Source: Ginglymostoma cirratum | Taxonomy: Eukaryota | Direction: 5' to 3' | Length of the DNA stretch: 64,000 nt | NCBI GenBank assembly: GCA_024137785.1 | Contig: JAHRHZ010000047.1 | Location: forward strand, 14,912,876 to 14,976,875 | Shown here: piece by piece, positions 13,117 through 27,331 of the stretch | Numbering within the stretch: position 1 is the stretch's first letter | Layout of the letters: every line of letters begins with the position of its first letter | Position numbers and translations under genes: made by a program | The notes under the pieces: generated by a model | What the model was told of the DNA's origin: nothing | The model's database searches: none | Seen by the model: only the letters and a program-made list of their open reading frames with translations

Positions 13117-14498
13117 TCTCATGTGGGACTATCAGGCTCAATGTAAAAGTAAACATACAATTCTGCTTTAGCTACTTTTTTTTGTCATTTGTTCACAGGA
13201 TGAGGGTGTTTCTAGCTAGGCCAGCATTTATTGTCCATTCTAATCGCCCAGAGGGCAGTTAAGAGTCAACCACCTTGCTGTGGGTGTGGAGTCACATACA
13301 GGTCAGACCAGGTGAAGATAGGCATTAGTGAGCAAGATGGGTTTTCACAACAATTGACAATTGATTTATGGTCATCATAAGGCTCTTAATTCCAGATTTT
13401 TTATTGAATTCAAATTCCACCATCTTCCACAGCAGCATTCAAACCCAGGTCCCCAGAATATTACCTGAATCTCTAGATTAACAGTGCAGTGATACTACCA
13501 CTAGGCCATCGCCTCCCCTCCCCTGACGCTAACACTAAGAATAATCAGTGAAGCACCATCCACATTCTGGTGAAACATGGAGAACTGGTATAGCTCTATA
13601 CGACTCCAGAGCAGTCTGCTTCATCAGTAACAGTCCTTTAAAAAAGTGATGGGCATAGCCTACCTTACAATTGCCAGTAAATCCTTTTGGGTCTTAACTG
13701 CCTCATACAACATTTTGTACAACGGGAAGTGATTGAGGGAACAGTTAAGATGCTTTCAAGTGGAAACCAGACAGGTAAAAGGGAATACAAAGTTAAGCTA
13801 AAGAGCTGAGATGGGGCAGAAGGAATTGGGAGTGAGTTGTATAGAATATGAACCGCAGCACAGGCCAGCGAATGACCAGTGGAGAGTTTAAAGGTAAAGT
13901 TGCTGTAGCCTCACACTCTCATTAAAGAGAGACGCCAGGTGGTGGCTTAACTGGAGAGTCACCATGTCTCAGGCGAGGTTGAGAAAATGGGGGCTTTGTG
14001 CTGAATGTAGCTGGTGTAGGATTTGATCCCACACTATTGGGTTTCACTCTAAGTTGCAAGTCAATCAAACAGCCAACTAATGTTAACTGAGCCACTGGTG
14101 CTTTTAACATGAGGATTACCACACCCAGTGAATTCAAGTAGGCAGGGCCTTCATGATGACCTTTGTGGTGTGGTGCTGGTGTTGCCCAGCATTGCAAACC
14201 AACAATCTTAGCTGACTGAGCTAATCCAGCCTGCCTTCTGCTTTATGGTATATTATCCAGGCACAATATACAGTTGGATGATCTTTGCATATGTTTACGA
14301 TGTAGTTAAAACTGTGCATTAATCTTTACAAATAAAACCCAATGACATTTGAGAGAATCTGAACACAGTTCTGGGCAGTTTCACAGTTTACCCTTACAGT
14401 GCAATTGAGTCTTCTACAACTTGCTGTGTGCGATACATTTACAGCCTATAATCAGAGAATTGAATCCCAACACTCTGATCAGATTTTCAGACATTTAC

Positions 14499-14685
14499 CT
14501 TGTTATGCAACAATGAGGTTCATTTGGAAAACATTAACAAGGACTGACAAAAATGATTGTTTAGAGAGGTCTGTTCAAACATCTCCAGTTTTGAAGCCTT
14601 GGAAGGAATAAGTTTGGATATTGAGAATGCGTGAGATTGAAGAATTTGTTGGATGAAGTTCTTAGAACCCATAACAGACTTCCTG
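14499..14685 (-). pseudogene. Pseudo-exon, 187 nt (phase 2 to 0)
   Basis: Acceptor ctttcccaacgcag, donor AAG/gtaaat. RKSVMGSKNFIQQILQSHAF...LLMFSK*TSLLHNK with a single stop. Confidence 0.6.
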
Positions 14686-14714
14686 CTGCGTTGGGAAAGT
14701 AGCAGACCTCTCAT

Positions 14715-14882
14715 ATTAGATTTGATCTTTCTCTGCATTTCATCTGTAGCTGTTACACAATATTCTGTATTCCATTCTATTACCCTGATGTACCTAAGTA
14801 AGGTGTGATTTGTCTGGACAGCACACAAAACAAAGCTTTTCACTGTATCTCGGTACATGAGATAATAATAAATCAAATCAAA
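14715..14882 (+). mobile_element. LINE 3' tail (probably Rex1/Babar type); related pieces at ~35040-35190 and ~39990-40100
   Basis: Shared cttttcactgta..tacatg..aataaatcaaatcaaa end. Clade call is tentative. Confidence 0.55.
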
Positions 14883-15179
14883 GAGGAACGGTGTAGTTCA
14901 AAGGAGCCAGGACCACTGTAGAACTAACAGAATGAAGAGAGACCGGGGAAGACTTGCATTTCCATAACCCCGGGATGTTTCAAATCACTTTATAGCACCA
15001 AAATGAAAATTGCTGGAGAAACTTAGCAGGTCTGGCAGCAGCTGTGAAGAGAAAGAAGAATTAATGTTTCAAGTCCGGTGATCCTTCTTCAGAACTGATA
15101 GGAGTTGGGAAAATGTGGTGCATATGCTGATGACAGGGCAGAGTAAGAAATGGTGCCAACATGGAGGGGAGAGAGACAG

Positions 15180-15182
<3 letters not shown>

Positions 15183-15218
<36 letters not shown>
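15183..15218 (+). repeat. (GA)n microsatellite
   Basis: Direct reading. Confidence 0.95.
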
Positions 15219-15220
<2 letters not shown>

Positions 15221-16097
15221 TGAGAGAGGACACAGAGAGTGAAAGGAATGGATGGTAGGAAGCTAGGGTGGAAAAATAACTGATAATGGGAATCATAAGG
15301 AGGTGAAATGGTTTGGCTTTGCTAAAAGCAGCCTATGTCATGAAAAGGCCTGGGGTATGGATTGGGCAAAGAACATGGAAGGAGGTTCTAAAATGATTGA
15401 ACTTGATGTTGAGACCCGAACATTGCAGGATCCCCAAGTGGAAAATGAGAATGATCTTCTTTCAACTTGTGCTGAGCTTCACTGGAACACTGCAGCAAGC
15501 TTGGGACATAGATGTTGGCTGGGGGCGACATTGGTGCGTTGAGGGGACAGATATGTTGAGTTTCTCCAGCAATTTCTGTTTTAGTTTCAGATCTTCAGTG
15601 TCCACAGTTCTATCACACTTCTGTCCTCCCTGATGTAACGTATATGTAATATAGCTGTAAGGTTTCGCAGTCACACGTTAATGACTGGATCACACATTTT
15701 CAAATTAAATCTGTTACAGCTCGAAAATTTGGCAATTATACATGAGAGGTCTGTCAGATGACAAGTCCCATCTGAAATGATAGCAGAATTTTGTGTGAAT
15801 ACGTCATCCTACTCATTTCCCAAGTCACTATTTTTAAACAGAGGGAGAAGATAGAGTAGAAGTCCAGATTGAAATAATTTTTGGGTCAAAATCCTGGGCC
15901 TGCCTTCCTAACAACACTGTGCATATACCTATTACGGAAGGTCTGCAGCAATTCAAGCTAATAGCTCACCACCATCTTCTCAAGGGCAATTAGGGATGGG
16001 CAATAATTTCTGGCTCAGCCAGACACCCACATTCCATGAACAATTTTTTTAAAACTGCAAAATGTAGAAAGCTATCAGCTGAGTGGGAAGATAATAC

Positions 16098-16985
16098 ATG
16101 GCAACCAGAAGTGGTGGATGTGGGTACAATTACAATGTTTAGAAGACATTTGGGTAAGGACACGAATTGGAAAGGTTTGCAGGGATATGGACCAGGAGTG
16201 GGCAGGGGGGGGTCTAGTTTAGCTTGAGATTATGTTTGCCGTGGACTGGTTTGACCGAAGGGTCTGTTTCCGTGCTATACGACTCTATGACTCTCTGACA
16301 TGACTCTCAGCTGCATGAACTTTTCAGAACAGTGTATATGGTGTAGAAACAGCTTTGAGCAGGAATTGGAAGAATGCAGCTATAAAGAGAAGTTCTGGGT
16401 CTAATGGGGATCAACAAAGGTTAAAAATTCGGAAAGATTTTGGAAGGGGTAGGGAGAGAAATAGTGAGGCAGAATGGAGAGAGCAGGAAATTAATGATCG
16501 ATTGGGCTCAATGATGAAACAGAGAGGAAGGTGAACAAATTAGAACACAGTGAAGAGGGTGCTTTGGGTGTCAAGCTGCAGGAGATGTTTCAGATAATTT
16601 CTTTAGAGCATAGGATCTTATAGAAGTGTATATGATCATGAGAGGAACGGATAGGGTGAATGCACTTAGTCTTTTTCCCAGGATTGGTGAATTGAGGACT
16701 AGAGGGCATCAGTTTAAAGTAAGAAGGGAAAGAATAAATGGAAACCTGAGGAGCAACTTTTTTTTTTTACACAGATAGTGGTACGCATATGGAATAAGTT
16801 GCCAGCAGAAGTGGTTGAGGCGGGTACATTAAAAACTTTTAAAGGGTATTTGAATCAATACATGGAAAGGAACGGTGTAGAAGGATATGGACCAAGTGCA
16901 GGCAAATAGGCTTATTGTGGATGGACATTTTGGTCAGCATGGGTCAGTTTGGGCCTGTCTTTGTGTTGTAGGACTCTATGACTGT
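16098..16985 (+). mobile_element. Two CR1 3'-end fragments (16098-16293; 16612-16985)
   Basis: RT C-terminal codons (DLIEVY, RTRGH) and gactctatgact tails. Confidence 0.8.
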
Positions 16986-17832
16986 AATGAGGAGACTATG
17001 GTACCAGAGGAATCTAAATGATGAGCATCTCTGTGAATGTGGTGACCCACTGTGGACCTCAACTGATGGGTGAGAGGCACTTACAGAGGAAAGAAGCCTG
17101 AGTTGTTGTGGTTTCCACTCAGTTATTTGATTCAACAGCTTAATTGCATTTCTTTTTAGGAAATGACTACATCTTATTTTTATAAAGAAGACGATTTAGT
17201 GATTTTTTTTATTATTAATAGACGCCCCAGGGAATGTCTGACTCTGAACTGAAGTGTTTACATAGCGGTGTATGGTAATGTTGTATTGTGTGGGCTCCAA
17301 GGATGTGGCTGGCAGAAGGTGTTATCACAATTCACTGAGGGTCTTGGAGAGTCAATGTCCCACCAGCATTATTTTACAGATGCGATTGTGCAAAAGTTGG
17401 TTTAGCTTCACAGGAACGCATATTCTGACCGTACAGCAGAATTTACAGTGAATGTATAGTACTGTGCTGCAAAAAAACCCAAAAATAACTCATTGCAACG
17501 AAAAACCATGATGGATCTTGGCCTGGGGATTGTGAGGGTCAGATACAGGCTACCAATCAAAATGAAAGAATAAATAGGTGAAGTGAATCAAGAGTGGGGT
17601 GGTGTCAACTTTGATTTTAAAAAGAAACTGGAGAGAAGGATAGGGGCCAAGTGCAGGCAGGTGGGACGAGTTTAATCTGGGATTGTGGTCAGCATGAACT
17701 GGTTGCACTGAAGGGTCTGTTTCCACGCTGTATAACTCTATGACTCAATGACTAACTGAAAGAAAGTGGACCCAATCAGAATGCACTACCAACCAATTTA
17801 TACTCTCCTCTCATACTGTATCTTCCAAATGT

Positions 17833-18132
17833 TGGGGAGGCGACGGCCTCATTGTACTATCACTGGGCTGTTAATCCAGAGACCCAGGTTTGAATCCGGC
17901 AGTGGCAGAAGGTGGAATTTGAATTGAATAAAATTAGTCTGGAATTAAGAGTCTAATGATGGTCATGAATAAATTGTCAGGAAAAACCAATCTAGTTCAC
18001 TAATGTCCTTTATGGAAGGAAATCGCTAGCCTTACCTGGTCTGACCTACATGTGATTCCAGACTCACAGCAATGTGGCTGTCTCTAATGGATAGACAATG
18101 TTGGACTAGCCAGTGATGCCTTCATCCTGTGA
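17833..18132 (+). mobile_element. tRNA-headed SINE sharing the Zenon-like LINE tail; other copies ~2530-2800(+), 2925-3217(-), 13177-13520(-), 28085-28341(-), 28505-28790(+)
   Basis: Head ggggaggcgacggcct..ggtttgaatcc, core ctggtctgacctacatgtgattccagac, tail similar to the 58315-58350 end. Confidence 0.82.
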
Positions 18133-19509
18133 GGAGGGCTGAATTGGCTCCCCTTATTTATTCACCCATTCCCTTGGTGGATTGCAACTAGGTCAATGTA
18201 GAAGGATCTCTTCTGTTGTAAATTCTTCCCTTTCTCCCAGACCAAATAAATTTAGGTTTTCAAAGGAGCCTATTTAACCGGCTTCCTTGAGTTAACAAAT
18301 CAAACTTTTACTAAAAAACTAGAAAATTGTACACAACCCCAAGAAGAAATAACACAGCGCATGTGCACACAGATTAGAAGTTAGAATGTAAAAAAAAAGC
18401 ACAGAAGTTAGAAACAGTTATCTGGAATAGTTTCAATGTTCCACTAACAGTAGACAGTAGGGCATATGACCATTGCATTGGGTGATACTGCGGCAATGTT
18501 GTTGATAGTTGAGCAGTTGATCTTAAGGTGCATGGCTTTGCAGGTAAGCTGAAAGGTCTTAGTCTGGTTTCTGTTTGATTGCAATTCCACCTGCCCTCGG
18601 CCCTTGGCTAAGAGACAGAAAGTAAGAGATTTCCCTTTCCTGGTTGGATTATTTTTGTGTTCACCACCTTGGGCCTTGGTGGCTGGGCCAGCATTTATCT
18701 CTAGTTGTCCTTGAGGAGCTGGTGATGAACTGCCTTCTTGAACTGCGTGGTGAAGGTACACCCAGAGTGTTGTTTGAGAGACAGCTCCATGATTAAAAAG
18801 CCATTAAAAGGTGACCTGTGCTTAGGAGATAGTAGGAACTGCAGATGCTGGAGAATCTTCAGAGACACTAGGAACTGCAGATGCTGGAGGGGTATCACTG
18901 ACTGATCCTTATTCTGATATGGATCAGCACAATCGCACACAGAGTTAAATCTTTCCGTTGGAAATGACTGAGCACCGGCTGTTGCTGGATGTTGAATGAG
19001 CCCTACTAAGACAAGCTTTCCTTCTACATCTTTGTTAAAATATGCAAGATATTCACAATGATTACAGGCACCATGATGCCCAGACAAACATAGAGTATCT
19101 GCTTGGATTGATGTGCCCCCGGGCTATATAGGGTTGACTCCTATTTAATCTACAGGAAGACTATAAATTAAATATAGTATTAAGTATAAAGCTGTTGAGA
19201 AGAAGAGAATTTTTAAAACCAAGAAATGTTATTAGGCCTAACATGCCTTTTGCTCTGATCCGCCTTCCTTCTGTGTCCTTGCTGACTTATCACCCAGGCA
19301 GCTTGAGACATTTGGAAAAATCTGCCGTCATCAAAGGAGCAAACAAAATAGAGGATCATTGGCATGGTTTTGAAATATAGTCGTTCTCATCATGTAGGCA
19401 GCCAGTTTGTACACAGCAGGATCCCAGAAATAGATATGTGATCATCACCACATAATCTGATCTTCCAACGACTTTTGATTGAACATAAGTAGAAAGGTGA
19501 TGTTGCAAT

Positions 19510-19743
19510 TGTAATAATTCCACCAGAGGCCAGTATCCCATCACCAAGTCACCGTTTATTTACATGTGGAGAGTCCTTGACACTGGTCCAGGTTCCTCAG
19601 GGCCAGCTCTCAAAGTGAGCAGAACCTCTGACACTCCTGTTTATACCTGTCAGCCAGGGCTCCCTGATTGGGGCTGTTAATCTGGTCCAATCAGGGAACT
19701 CATTCTATGATTCCAGCTGATTGACCTTGTTACAAACACTACA
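19510..19743 (-). mobile_element. Solo LTR of the same Gypsy family
   Basis: Matches 33631-33852 (cagaggccagtatcccatcaccaagtcacc..gccagggctccctgattgg). TG..CA ends. Confidence 0.88.
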
Positions 19744-19809
19744 GCTACAACCTTACTGCACCAAAGGACTATTCTCTCATTACACGCGCACGCACACACA
19801 CACGGGATG

Positions 19810-20287
19810 TGATTACGATGGATAAAATGATGACGGGTATAGACAGGAAGAAATTTTTTCCCTTGGTAGAGGTATCAATGACCAGGAGGGACAAATTTAG
19901 GGAAAAGGGCAGAAGATTGAGGAGATGTGAGGAAAAACAAGTCCCTCAGAAGGAATCAGGAGGTTGCTGCCTTTAAGGGTGGCAGAGGCAGAAACTCTTG
20001 GTGCAATTAAGAAATATTTAGATGTGCACTTGCAATGCCATGGCGTACAAGGCTATGAGCCGGGAGCTGGAAAATGGGATTAGAATAGTTAGGTGCAGAT
20101 AGCAAGAACTGCTGATGCTGGAGTCAGAGATAAGACAGTGTGGAGCTAGAGGAACACAGCAGGCCAGGTAGCATCAGAGGAGCGGGAAAGTTAACGTTTT
20201 GAGTTGGGATTCTTCTGTTTTTGACCAGCATGGATTTGATGGGCTGAAGGGCCTTGTTCTGTGCTCTAGATGTCAATGACTCTATGT
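19810..20287 (+). mobile_element. CR1 3' fragment with nested Penelope-type terminus (~20098-20215, minus)
   Basis: CR1 tail gggctgaagggcct..gactctatg, interrupted by aactgctgatgctggag..gaaagttaacgtttt. Confidence 0.75.
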
Positions 20288-20749
20288 CTATAAATGAGCG
20301 TCTTTATCTGCGTGTTTGACTGTTTCCAGACCTCTGTGGCTGACAACCCCCTCTGCTACTGAGATCACTCATTTTAGCTTTCTCTATTAGTGATGAAAAA
20401 ATAATCAAATGTGACTGTTATAAAAAAAAAGGGACAGCCTCGATTTTTTCTCTTTGTTTAATCATGAAGGCCTAGGCCTGGTTCCTACAGGCTGCCTGAT
20501 CTTGTAGCACCCCCATGAGTGTAAAGCTGACAGAATCAGTGTGTGACAGGCAAGCCGAGGGAAACTGCAAGGCTGCAACACTCCTTCAATTACTTTTTTC
20601 TTTCACATTTCCATATGTTGGGGAATTTGTCTTTTGTTTCATCCAATTTCCTCCTAAAGTCATGGTCAACCCTTTTTAAAAAAAATCTGAAGCACTAATT
20701 GACTGAAGGGGCTGGTGTCTTGCTTCCTTCTGACCGAACTCAACATTGC

Positions 20750-21270
20750 TCCCCTTCCCGCTCACACTCACTCCCTCCACACATCCATTTGTGCCCCACA
20801 TCCACACCCCACCACATGCCCCACACTCCCTCTTCATCCCCACTGCCCCCATAACCACACCCATTCACACCCCACCACATGTCCCCACAACCCCTCTTCA
20901 CCGCCACTGCCCCAATAACCCCACATCCACACGCATTCACACCCCACCACATGCCCCCACACCCCCTCTTCACCCCCACTGCCCCCATATCCACACCCAT
21001 TTGCACGCCACCACATGCCCCACACCCCCCTTCACACATAACTCCACATCCACTTCCCCAAAGGTCTCCCAGCTCACATCAACTGTCCCCTTCCCCAGTC
21101 TGCAACACCCCCACTCCACATCCATATTCACCCCCACTCCCACTCACACCTGTTCAGCCCCCATTCCCAACTCCCACCTCAATTCCCCACACACCCCTCT
21201 CCCTGTCCCTCCAACAAAAACCCACCACTCACTCAACCTGCAGACACCCCACATCCACTCATCACAAACC
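20750..21270 (+). repeat. C/A-rich low-complexity tract with ~60-70-bp degenerate unit
   Basis: Repeated ccccaccacatgccccacac..ctcttca. Confidence 0.9.
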
Positions 21271-22199
21271 ACCTCCATCCTGCTTTTTCCTTATGGTCTT
21301 GTAAATTTCCTCTTTTTTCAAGTATATGTCCGATTCTCTTCCTGAATCTGCTTCCACTGCATCTTAAGAACAGAAACACAAGGCGCAGAACTGGGCCATT
21401 CAGCCCCTTAAGCCTGCTGGACACCCCGTTTGATCATAGCTGATCTCACCTTCACTGTCCTGCCTGCTCCCCATAACCCTTTAACTCATTACTAATGACA
21501 AATCCATCTCCTTAAATTTAGTCATAATTTGAAGTAACGTACCCGAGATAACAGCAATAATTGCAGTGTTCTCCTTTTTAACTACAGTTTCTGTTCTGTC
21601 AGCAATGCTCTCTATGTTGGTCTAAAGAGATCGACAAATGCAACGTGAGAAAAATCTTCTTCACTTGGCAAGTCGTTAGGCATAGCCTGGAAATGTGGTG
21701 AAGGCAGGTTCACTTGAAGCATTGGATGATTATTTAGATAGAAATAATGTACAAAGGATATGAGGAGAAAGCTGGAGGCTGGTACAAGGTAATAATACTT
21801 GTTTGAAGAGCTGGTGGAAACACAAATGGACCAAATGACCTCTTTCTGCACTGTAGCAATTCTGCCAGGTTGAAAGTAACCAGCTGCCGTGATGCATCAG
21901 CCTCAGCTCCTTTCCTCGGTACCTTCCTGTTCAGAAGCTTTCTCCTTCACTTGTACCTGGTAACTTGCGTCTGCAGCTGCTACAGATTTAAAGAAATTCC
22001 ACCAAGGCTGAGATTTGAGTTTAGTCAGCTGATATTACATGAAGCAGCGGGATTACATAAACACCCGCTTCACACTTCCAGCTGTAAATTAGATCTGATT
22101 TGAGCTGCTCCTGTGCAAATTCTTCAGCTCTCTGAAGATCTAGTATAACCATTCTAGTCTAAGGTGTTAATTGTAAGTTTGAGAGATGTCAGGAAAGGT

Positions 22200-23232
22200 C
22201 AGAAAAGTGGGTTGTGCAGCTTATCCTATGTGGGGAGTCTTGGATGCTGCCAGTGTCCTCGATGACCACATGTACGGTAAGTGCTCCCAGCTGCAGAAGC
22301 TGGAACCCCAGGTCTAGCACTGTGATTGGAGTCACTGTGGCACATCTGCAAGGCTGGGAGTTACGTGGATAGTATGCTTAGAGAGGTGATGACCTCCAGG
22401 GGCTGGAGGAAAGGAGGGAATGGGTGACCATCAGACAGTCCAGAAACAACAGGCAGCTAGTGCAGGAGTCCTCTGGCCTCCCACTCACTAACAGGTATTC
22501 CGTTTTGGAAGCTGTGGTGGGCACTGGTACCTCGCAGGAGCACAGTCAGAGCCAAGCTTCTCGGACACACAAGCGGCTTCCCTTTACTGGAAGGGGGTGG
22601 GGGAGGAAAAGGGAAGGAAGAGCAATAATGATCGGGGATTCTTTAGTCAGGGGAGCAGATAGGCATTTCTGTAGTCAAAGACATGACTTCAGGGAAGACT
22701 GATGAGTTAATAGTGTGGATTGACACGTGGAAGCACGATATTGTTGCTATCAAAAAAAACATGGTTGAGGGAAGGGCTGGACTGACAGCTGAACACTGAG
22801 GTAAGGACTGAGGCAGACATGGGTGTGAAAAAAGCGGTGGTATAGTACTGTTAATTAAGGAGTCAATTACAGAAGTATGGAGAGATGATATCTTGGAAGG
22901 ATCCTCAAATGGAGGCTTTGTGAGTTGAACTTAGGAATGTTAAGGGGCAGATACTTTACTGGGCGTATATTATAGCTGCACCCACCCAAAAAGTTAACAC
23001 GAAATAGAGGAGTAAATATGTAGACAGGTCACAGGGGTGTAAGAGTAATAATCAGCTAACAGTACTAGGGGATTTCAACTTTCTCAACATAAATTGGGAT
23101 AGTTATAGTGTTAAGAGTTTAGAGAGGGCTGATTTCTTGAAATGTACCCAAAAGAGTTTTTGGATCAATACATTGAAGGCCCAACAAGGGACAGTGCAGT
23201 GCTGGATCTAGTTCTGGGAAAAGAAGCCAGAC
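22200..23232 (+). mobile_element. CR1 LINE 5' part: ORF1 (esterase-like IGDSLVRG) and APE endonuclease remnant
   Basis: PLTNRYSVL, IGDSLVRGADRHFC, GDFNF, LDQYIEGPTRDSAVLDLVLG. Confidence 0.88.
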
Positions 23233-23234
23233 AC

Positions 23235-23914
23235 CCTGGGGCAAAAACCTTGCCTATTTATATCCATACTCCTCGTGATTTTATTAAACTCTATAAGGTC
23301 ACCCCTCAGCCTCCGACGCTCTGGGGAAGGTAGCCCCAGCCTAATTAGCCTCCCCCTATAGCTCAAACCGTCCAGCTCTGGCAATGTCCTTCTAAATCTT
23401 TTCTGAATCCTTTCAAGTTTCACAACATCCTTCCTATAGCAGGGAGACCAGAATTGAATGCAGTATTACAAAAGTGGCCTAACCAATTTCCTGTACAGCT
23501 GCAACATGACCCTCCCAACTTCTATATTCAATGTATTGACCAATAAAGGCAAGCGTACCAAACCCTTTCTTCACTACCCTATCTACCTGCGACTCCATTT
23601 TCAAGGAATTATAAACCTGCACCCCAAGGTCTCTGTTCAGCAACACTCCCCAGGACCTTACCATTAAGTATGTAAGTCCTGCCCTGATTTGCCTTTCCAA
23701 AATGCAGCAACTCACATTTATTTTAATTAAACTCCATCTGCTGCTCCTTAGCTCATTGTCTCATGTGATCGAGATCCTGTTGTACTCCTGAGATAACCTT
23801 CTTCACTGTCCACTACACCTCATATTTTGGTGTCATCAACAAACTTTCTAACCATACCTATATTCACATCCAAACCATTTATGTAAATGGAAAAGAGCAG
23901 TGGACCCAGCACTG
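23235..23914 (-). mobile_element. CR1 RT fragment in inverted orientation inside another CR1
   Basis: LERIQKRFRRTLPELDGLSY..LRGDLIE and RDLGVQVYNSLK on the minus strand. Confidence 0.9.
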
Positions 23915-23915
23915 C

Positions 23916-25098
23916 TGGGTTAGTTGTTAGAATATTTTGAAAATGTGCTGAAGTGTGTGGATGAGGGAAATTCAATTGAGGTAGTTTATATGGATTTTAG
24001 CAAAACTTTTGACAAGATCCCGCATGGAATATTGATTGGAAAGGTTAAAGCATGTGGAATGGAGGGAAACCTGGCGAGATGGATCAGAAACAGGCTTAGT
24101 CATAGGACACAAAGGGTAGTGGTAGAAAGCTGTTTGAATGACTGGAGGCCGGTGTCGAGTGGTGGATCAGTATTGGGGCACATCTTGTTTGTTGTGTGCG
24201 TAAATGGTACAGATGAAAATGTCGGGGGAATGTTAAGCAAATTTTCAGACAACACCAAGATTGATAGAGTGGTTCGTGGCAAAGAAGAGTAGGTTACAGG
24301 AAGATATAGATGGGCAGACCAGTGGCAGATTGCATTTAACCCTGATAAGTGTGAGGTGATGCACTTCAGAAGAAGAAACAAGTTGAGGCAGTATTTAATG
24401 AATGGCAGGACACTGGATGGCTTAGAGGAACAGAAGGATCTTTGGTAATTATTCACAGATCCCTAAAGTTAGCAGAGCACCTGAATGGGATAATTAAGCT
24501 TTCATCAGTGATGGCATGGGTATAAGAGCAAGGAGATAATGTTGGAGTTGTACAGAGTGTCGGTCATATGCAGTTCTGGTCACCTCACTACAGGAAGGAT
24601 GTGATAGCACTAGAGGGGGTACAGAGAAGGTTCACCAGGATATTGCCTGGTATGGAGAAACTGAGCTGTAAGGAGAGACTAGATGGGCTTGGATTGTTCT
24701 CTTTAGAGCAGAGAAAACTGAAGAGGGACGTGATTGAGGTGTATAAAATTATGAAGGGTACAGACAGGGTAGACAACAGTTGTTTCCCTTGGTTGAGGGG
24801 CAGTCACGAGAAGGCATAGTTTTAGGATAAGGGGCAGAAGATCCAGAGGGGATTTGGGAAAAAAAAACTTTTTCACTCAAGGTGGTGGGAATCTGGAATG
24901 CACTGCCTGGGAACACCACAGGGGAGGCTGGAAACCTTGCAATCTTTAAAAAATATTTAGACAAGTTCTTCAAATATTATAACATTCAAGGATATGAGAC
25001 AAGTGTAGGAAATTGGGATTAGTCAACCTCTAGTGGTAGCTATTGTCGGGGCAAACTTGATGGGTCGAAGGTCCTTTTGTGTTGTATGAATCTATGAT
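23916..25098 (+). mobile_element. CR1 LINE RT and 3' end, decayed
   Basis: YMDFSKTFDKIPH, SKFSDNTK, QFWSPHYRKDVIALEGVQRRFTR. Tail tctatgattc. Confidence 0.92.
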
Positions 25099-25779
25099 TC
25101 CTTTCAGAGTGGTACAACAATATGGGGGATACTTGGCCCTCCATGCTGCCCGTTTGGGAGAGATATTTTCCTTTCTCTCATCCTGCAGTTACCACCACTC
25201 TCCCCCAATCCATACGCCTCCACTCCAAATCACTGCCCCACCTTCCCCAAACCCACCCAATAAAGCCCTCTGTCACTAACTCCCTCCAACACCATTGCAA
25301 CCCTCGGATAACCCCTGGACTCTCAGCCAACCTTCACTGTCCCAGTAACACTTCCCACTGCAATGAATCCACTCAATGCACCACAGCCCAACATAGCCCA
25401 GCTCCACCAAAATTCCTGCAAATCCCACTGCCTGACCCCACCCAGACAGTCACCCTGTCTTCCATCATTCCTCTCCCAGCACCCACCAGCCCCTGCAGGT
25501 TTCCGCTGTTCATCCAGTCTCTCAAAACAAGCTATTCTTGCCTCAGGGACATGGTATCAGAGTCTGTGCTCAACCAATTGCTGTGCACAGTGTGCCCCTT
25601 TGGTTATTATTCATAACTTCATTACAGCCTTACTATTTTAGTCTTCAGTTTCATCAGACCTTACCACCATTGCAATGGCCCAGCAAATGTCCACTTGTTA
25701 AAAAGTCATCGTGATCTAATTTATAGGACCTGCAAGGACCCTAAGCCTGTTCTCAATTAGCTTCTGATGCTGGTAAGGT

Positions 25780-25982
25780 TGGGGATCGGTCAGCTCAGGT
25801 GGCTGGGCAGCTGGTTTGCAATGGATCCAATTCCTGCACCGACTGAGATCACCATGAAGGGTTCTCCTTCTCAACCTCTCCCCTCACCTGGGGCACGGTG
25901 ACCCTCAGGTTCACCCACCACTGATCATGCCTCTATTGAGAGACAGAGCAGCCCTATGGTCTGGTCAGACTACAATGACCTT
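25780..25982 (+). mobile_element. Third tRNA-headed SINE family; second copy ~13890-14100 (-)
   Basis: agctcaggtggctgg head and shared ttctcaacctc..cctg..gcacggtgacc..caggtt..ccacc core. Confidence 0.65.
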
Positions 25983-27331
25983 ATCTCCTTTTGCTAGTAA
26001 CGTTGCCAATCCTCTGGGATTGACCTGAAGTCTCCCAGAATTGAAGATCAACTTCCAAAGATACCTGTGTGGAACCCTGGATAAGAATCTCAGGAACATT
26101 AAAAAAGATTGGAGGAATTTTTTTTGTCATTTCCTTTGAAGTAGATGCAAAAGTATTGAGAATGGAAGAGAAAGCGCTGTCTGGCATGATCCAATTGGTT
26201 AATGAGTCTTAGTGCTTCCTAATCAGAGCAGGAAGCCAGTGCGTCACTGGGGTGGCCATGTTGGCTGGAGGTGGGGTTTGAGGAAAGGAACAAGGCACAA
26301 GGATGAGTCGCATGATGAAACCTCCAGAAATCCCATCTGACAACCCCGGATGCTCGAGTTGACTGCAGTGCTGTTGGCCAGTGATGGGAAATATTAGTCC
26401 CAGGTCATTCCTGCTGCGGCCTAATTTTCACCCTGGCTAAGTGAACGGGTTAAAATCAAGTCTTGGCCTCCTGTCTGGCTATTCCTTTGGGCTAACTGAG
26501 ACATAAGGAGACATCAGAATGAGGTGCTACAGTGACCTCATTTCCTTCTCCAGCTTTACCAGCTGCTGTCGCCTCCTGCCGTGACAAGGGTGCTCTGTTG
26601 GTTGGTGGCATAACCGGTGTTAATGGCATGAGCTTGCAGAGGGGAGAACCTGAACAAGGAAAGATGAGAGCATAGGAACCAGAGAGGCCATTCAGCCCCT
26701 CGGGTCAGTTGTACCATTTGATGGCTTTGGGGACAATGTGACCTAAACATTCCTTTGCACTAAGAACTTAAAATCTTAGGTTTTTATTAACTTATTGATT
26801 TCAAATTGAAAATGTACAATTGGTCTCAATATCAATTGTTTGTTTCAAGTTGGGAATTTTCACCTTCAAACAAATCTTTTCTAACTTTATTCCTGTAAAG
26901 TTGGTTTCTAACCTTAAGTACACCCCAAGTAGTAGACTTTTTAAAATCAGAAAAAATAATTTCTCTCTATCTAGCCTATCTGTCCTTTATGATATTCTGC
27001 ATTCTTTGAATAGATCAGCCCTTAACTTTTTTTTTCAGAATACTGAACCCTAACTCCCACAGTTTAACCCTTGAACACCCAGGTATGATTTTGGCAAATC
27101 CGTGATATATTCTCACCAAGCTCATTATGCCCGTTGAAAGATCAGACTACTGCCCTGTTAAATGTTTTGTGAAAATAAGATCCACATTGCAATGGCAGCT
27201 GCCAAACTTAAAAATATTGTTGATGTGAGCATCTAAAGTTTATAACATTCTGTAAATCTGCCCTTTTATTCTAAGTCACTCTGGACTTCCGCTGACAGAT
27301 TAGAACACACAAGAGTTTTATTTTCACTCAC

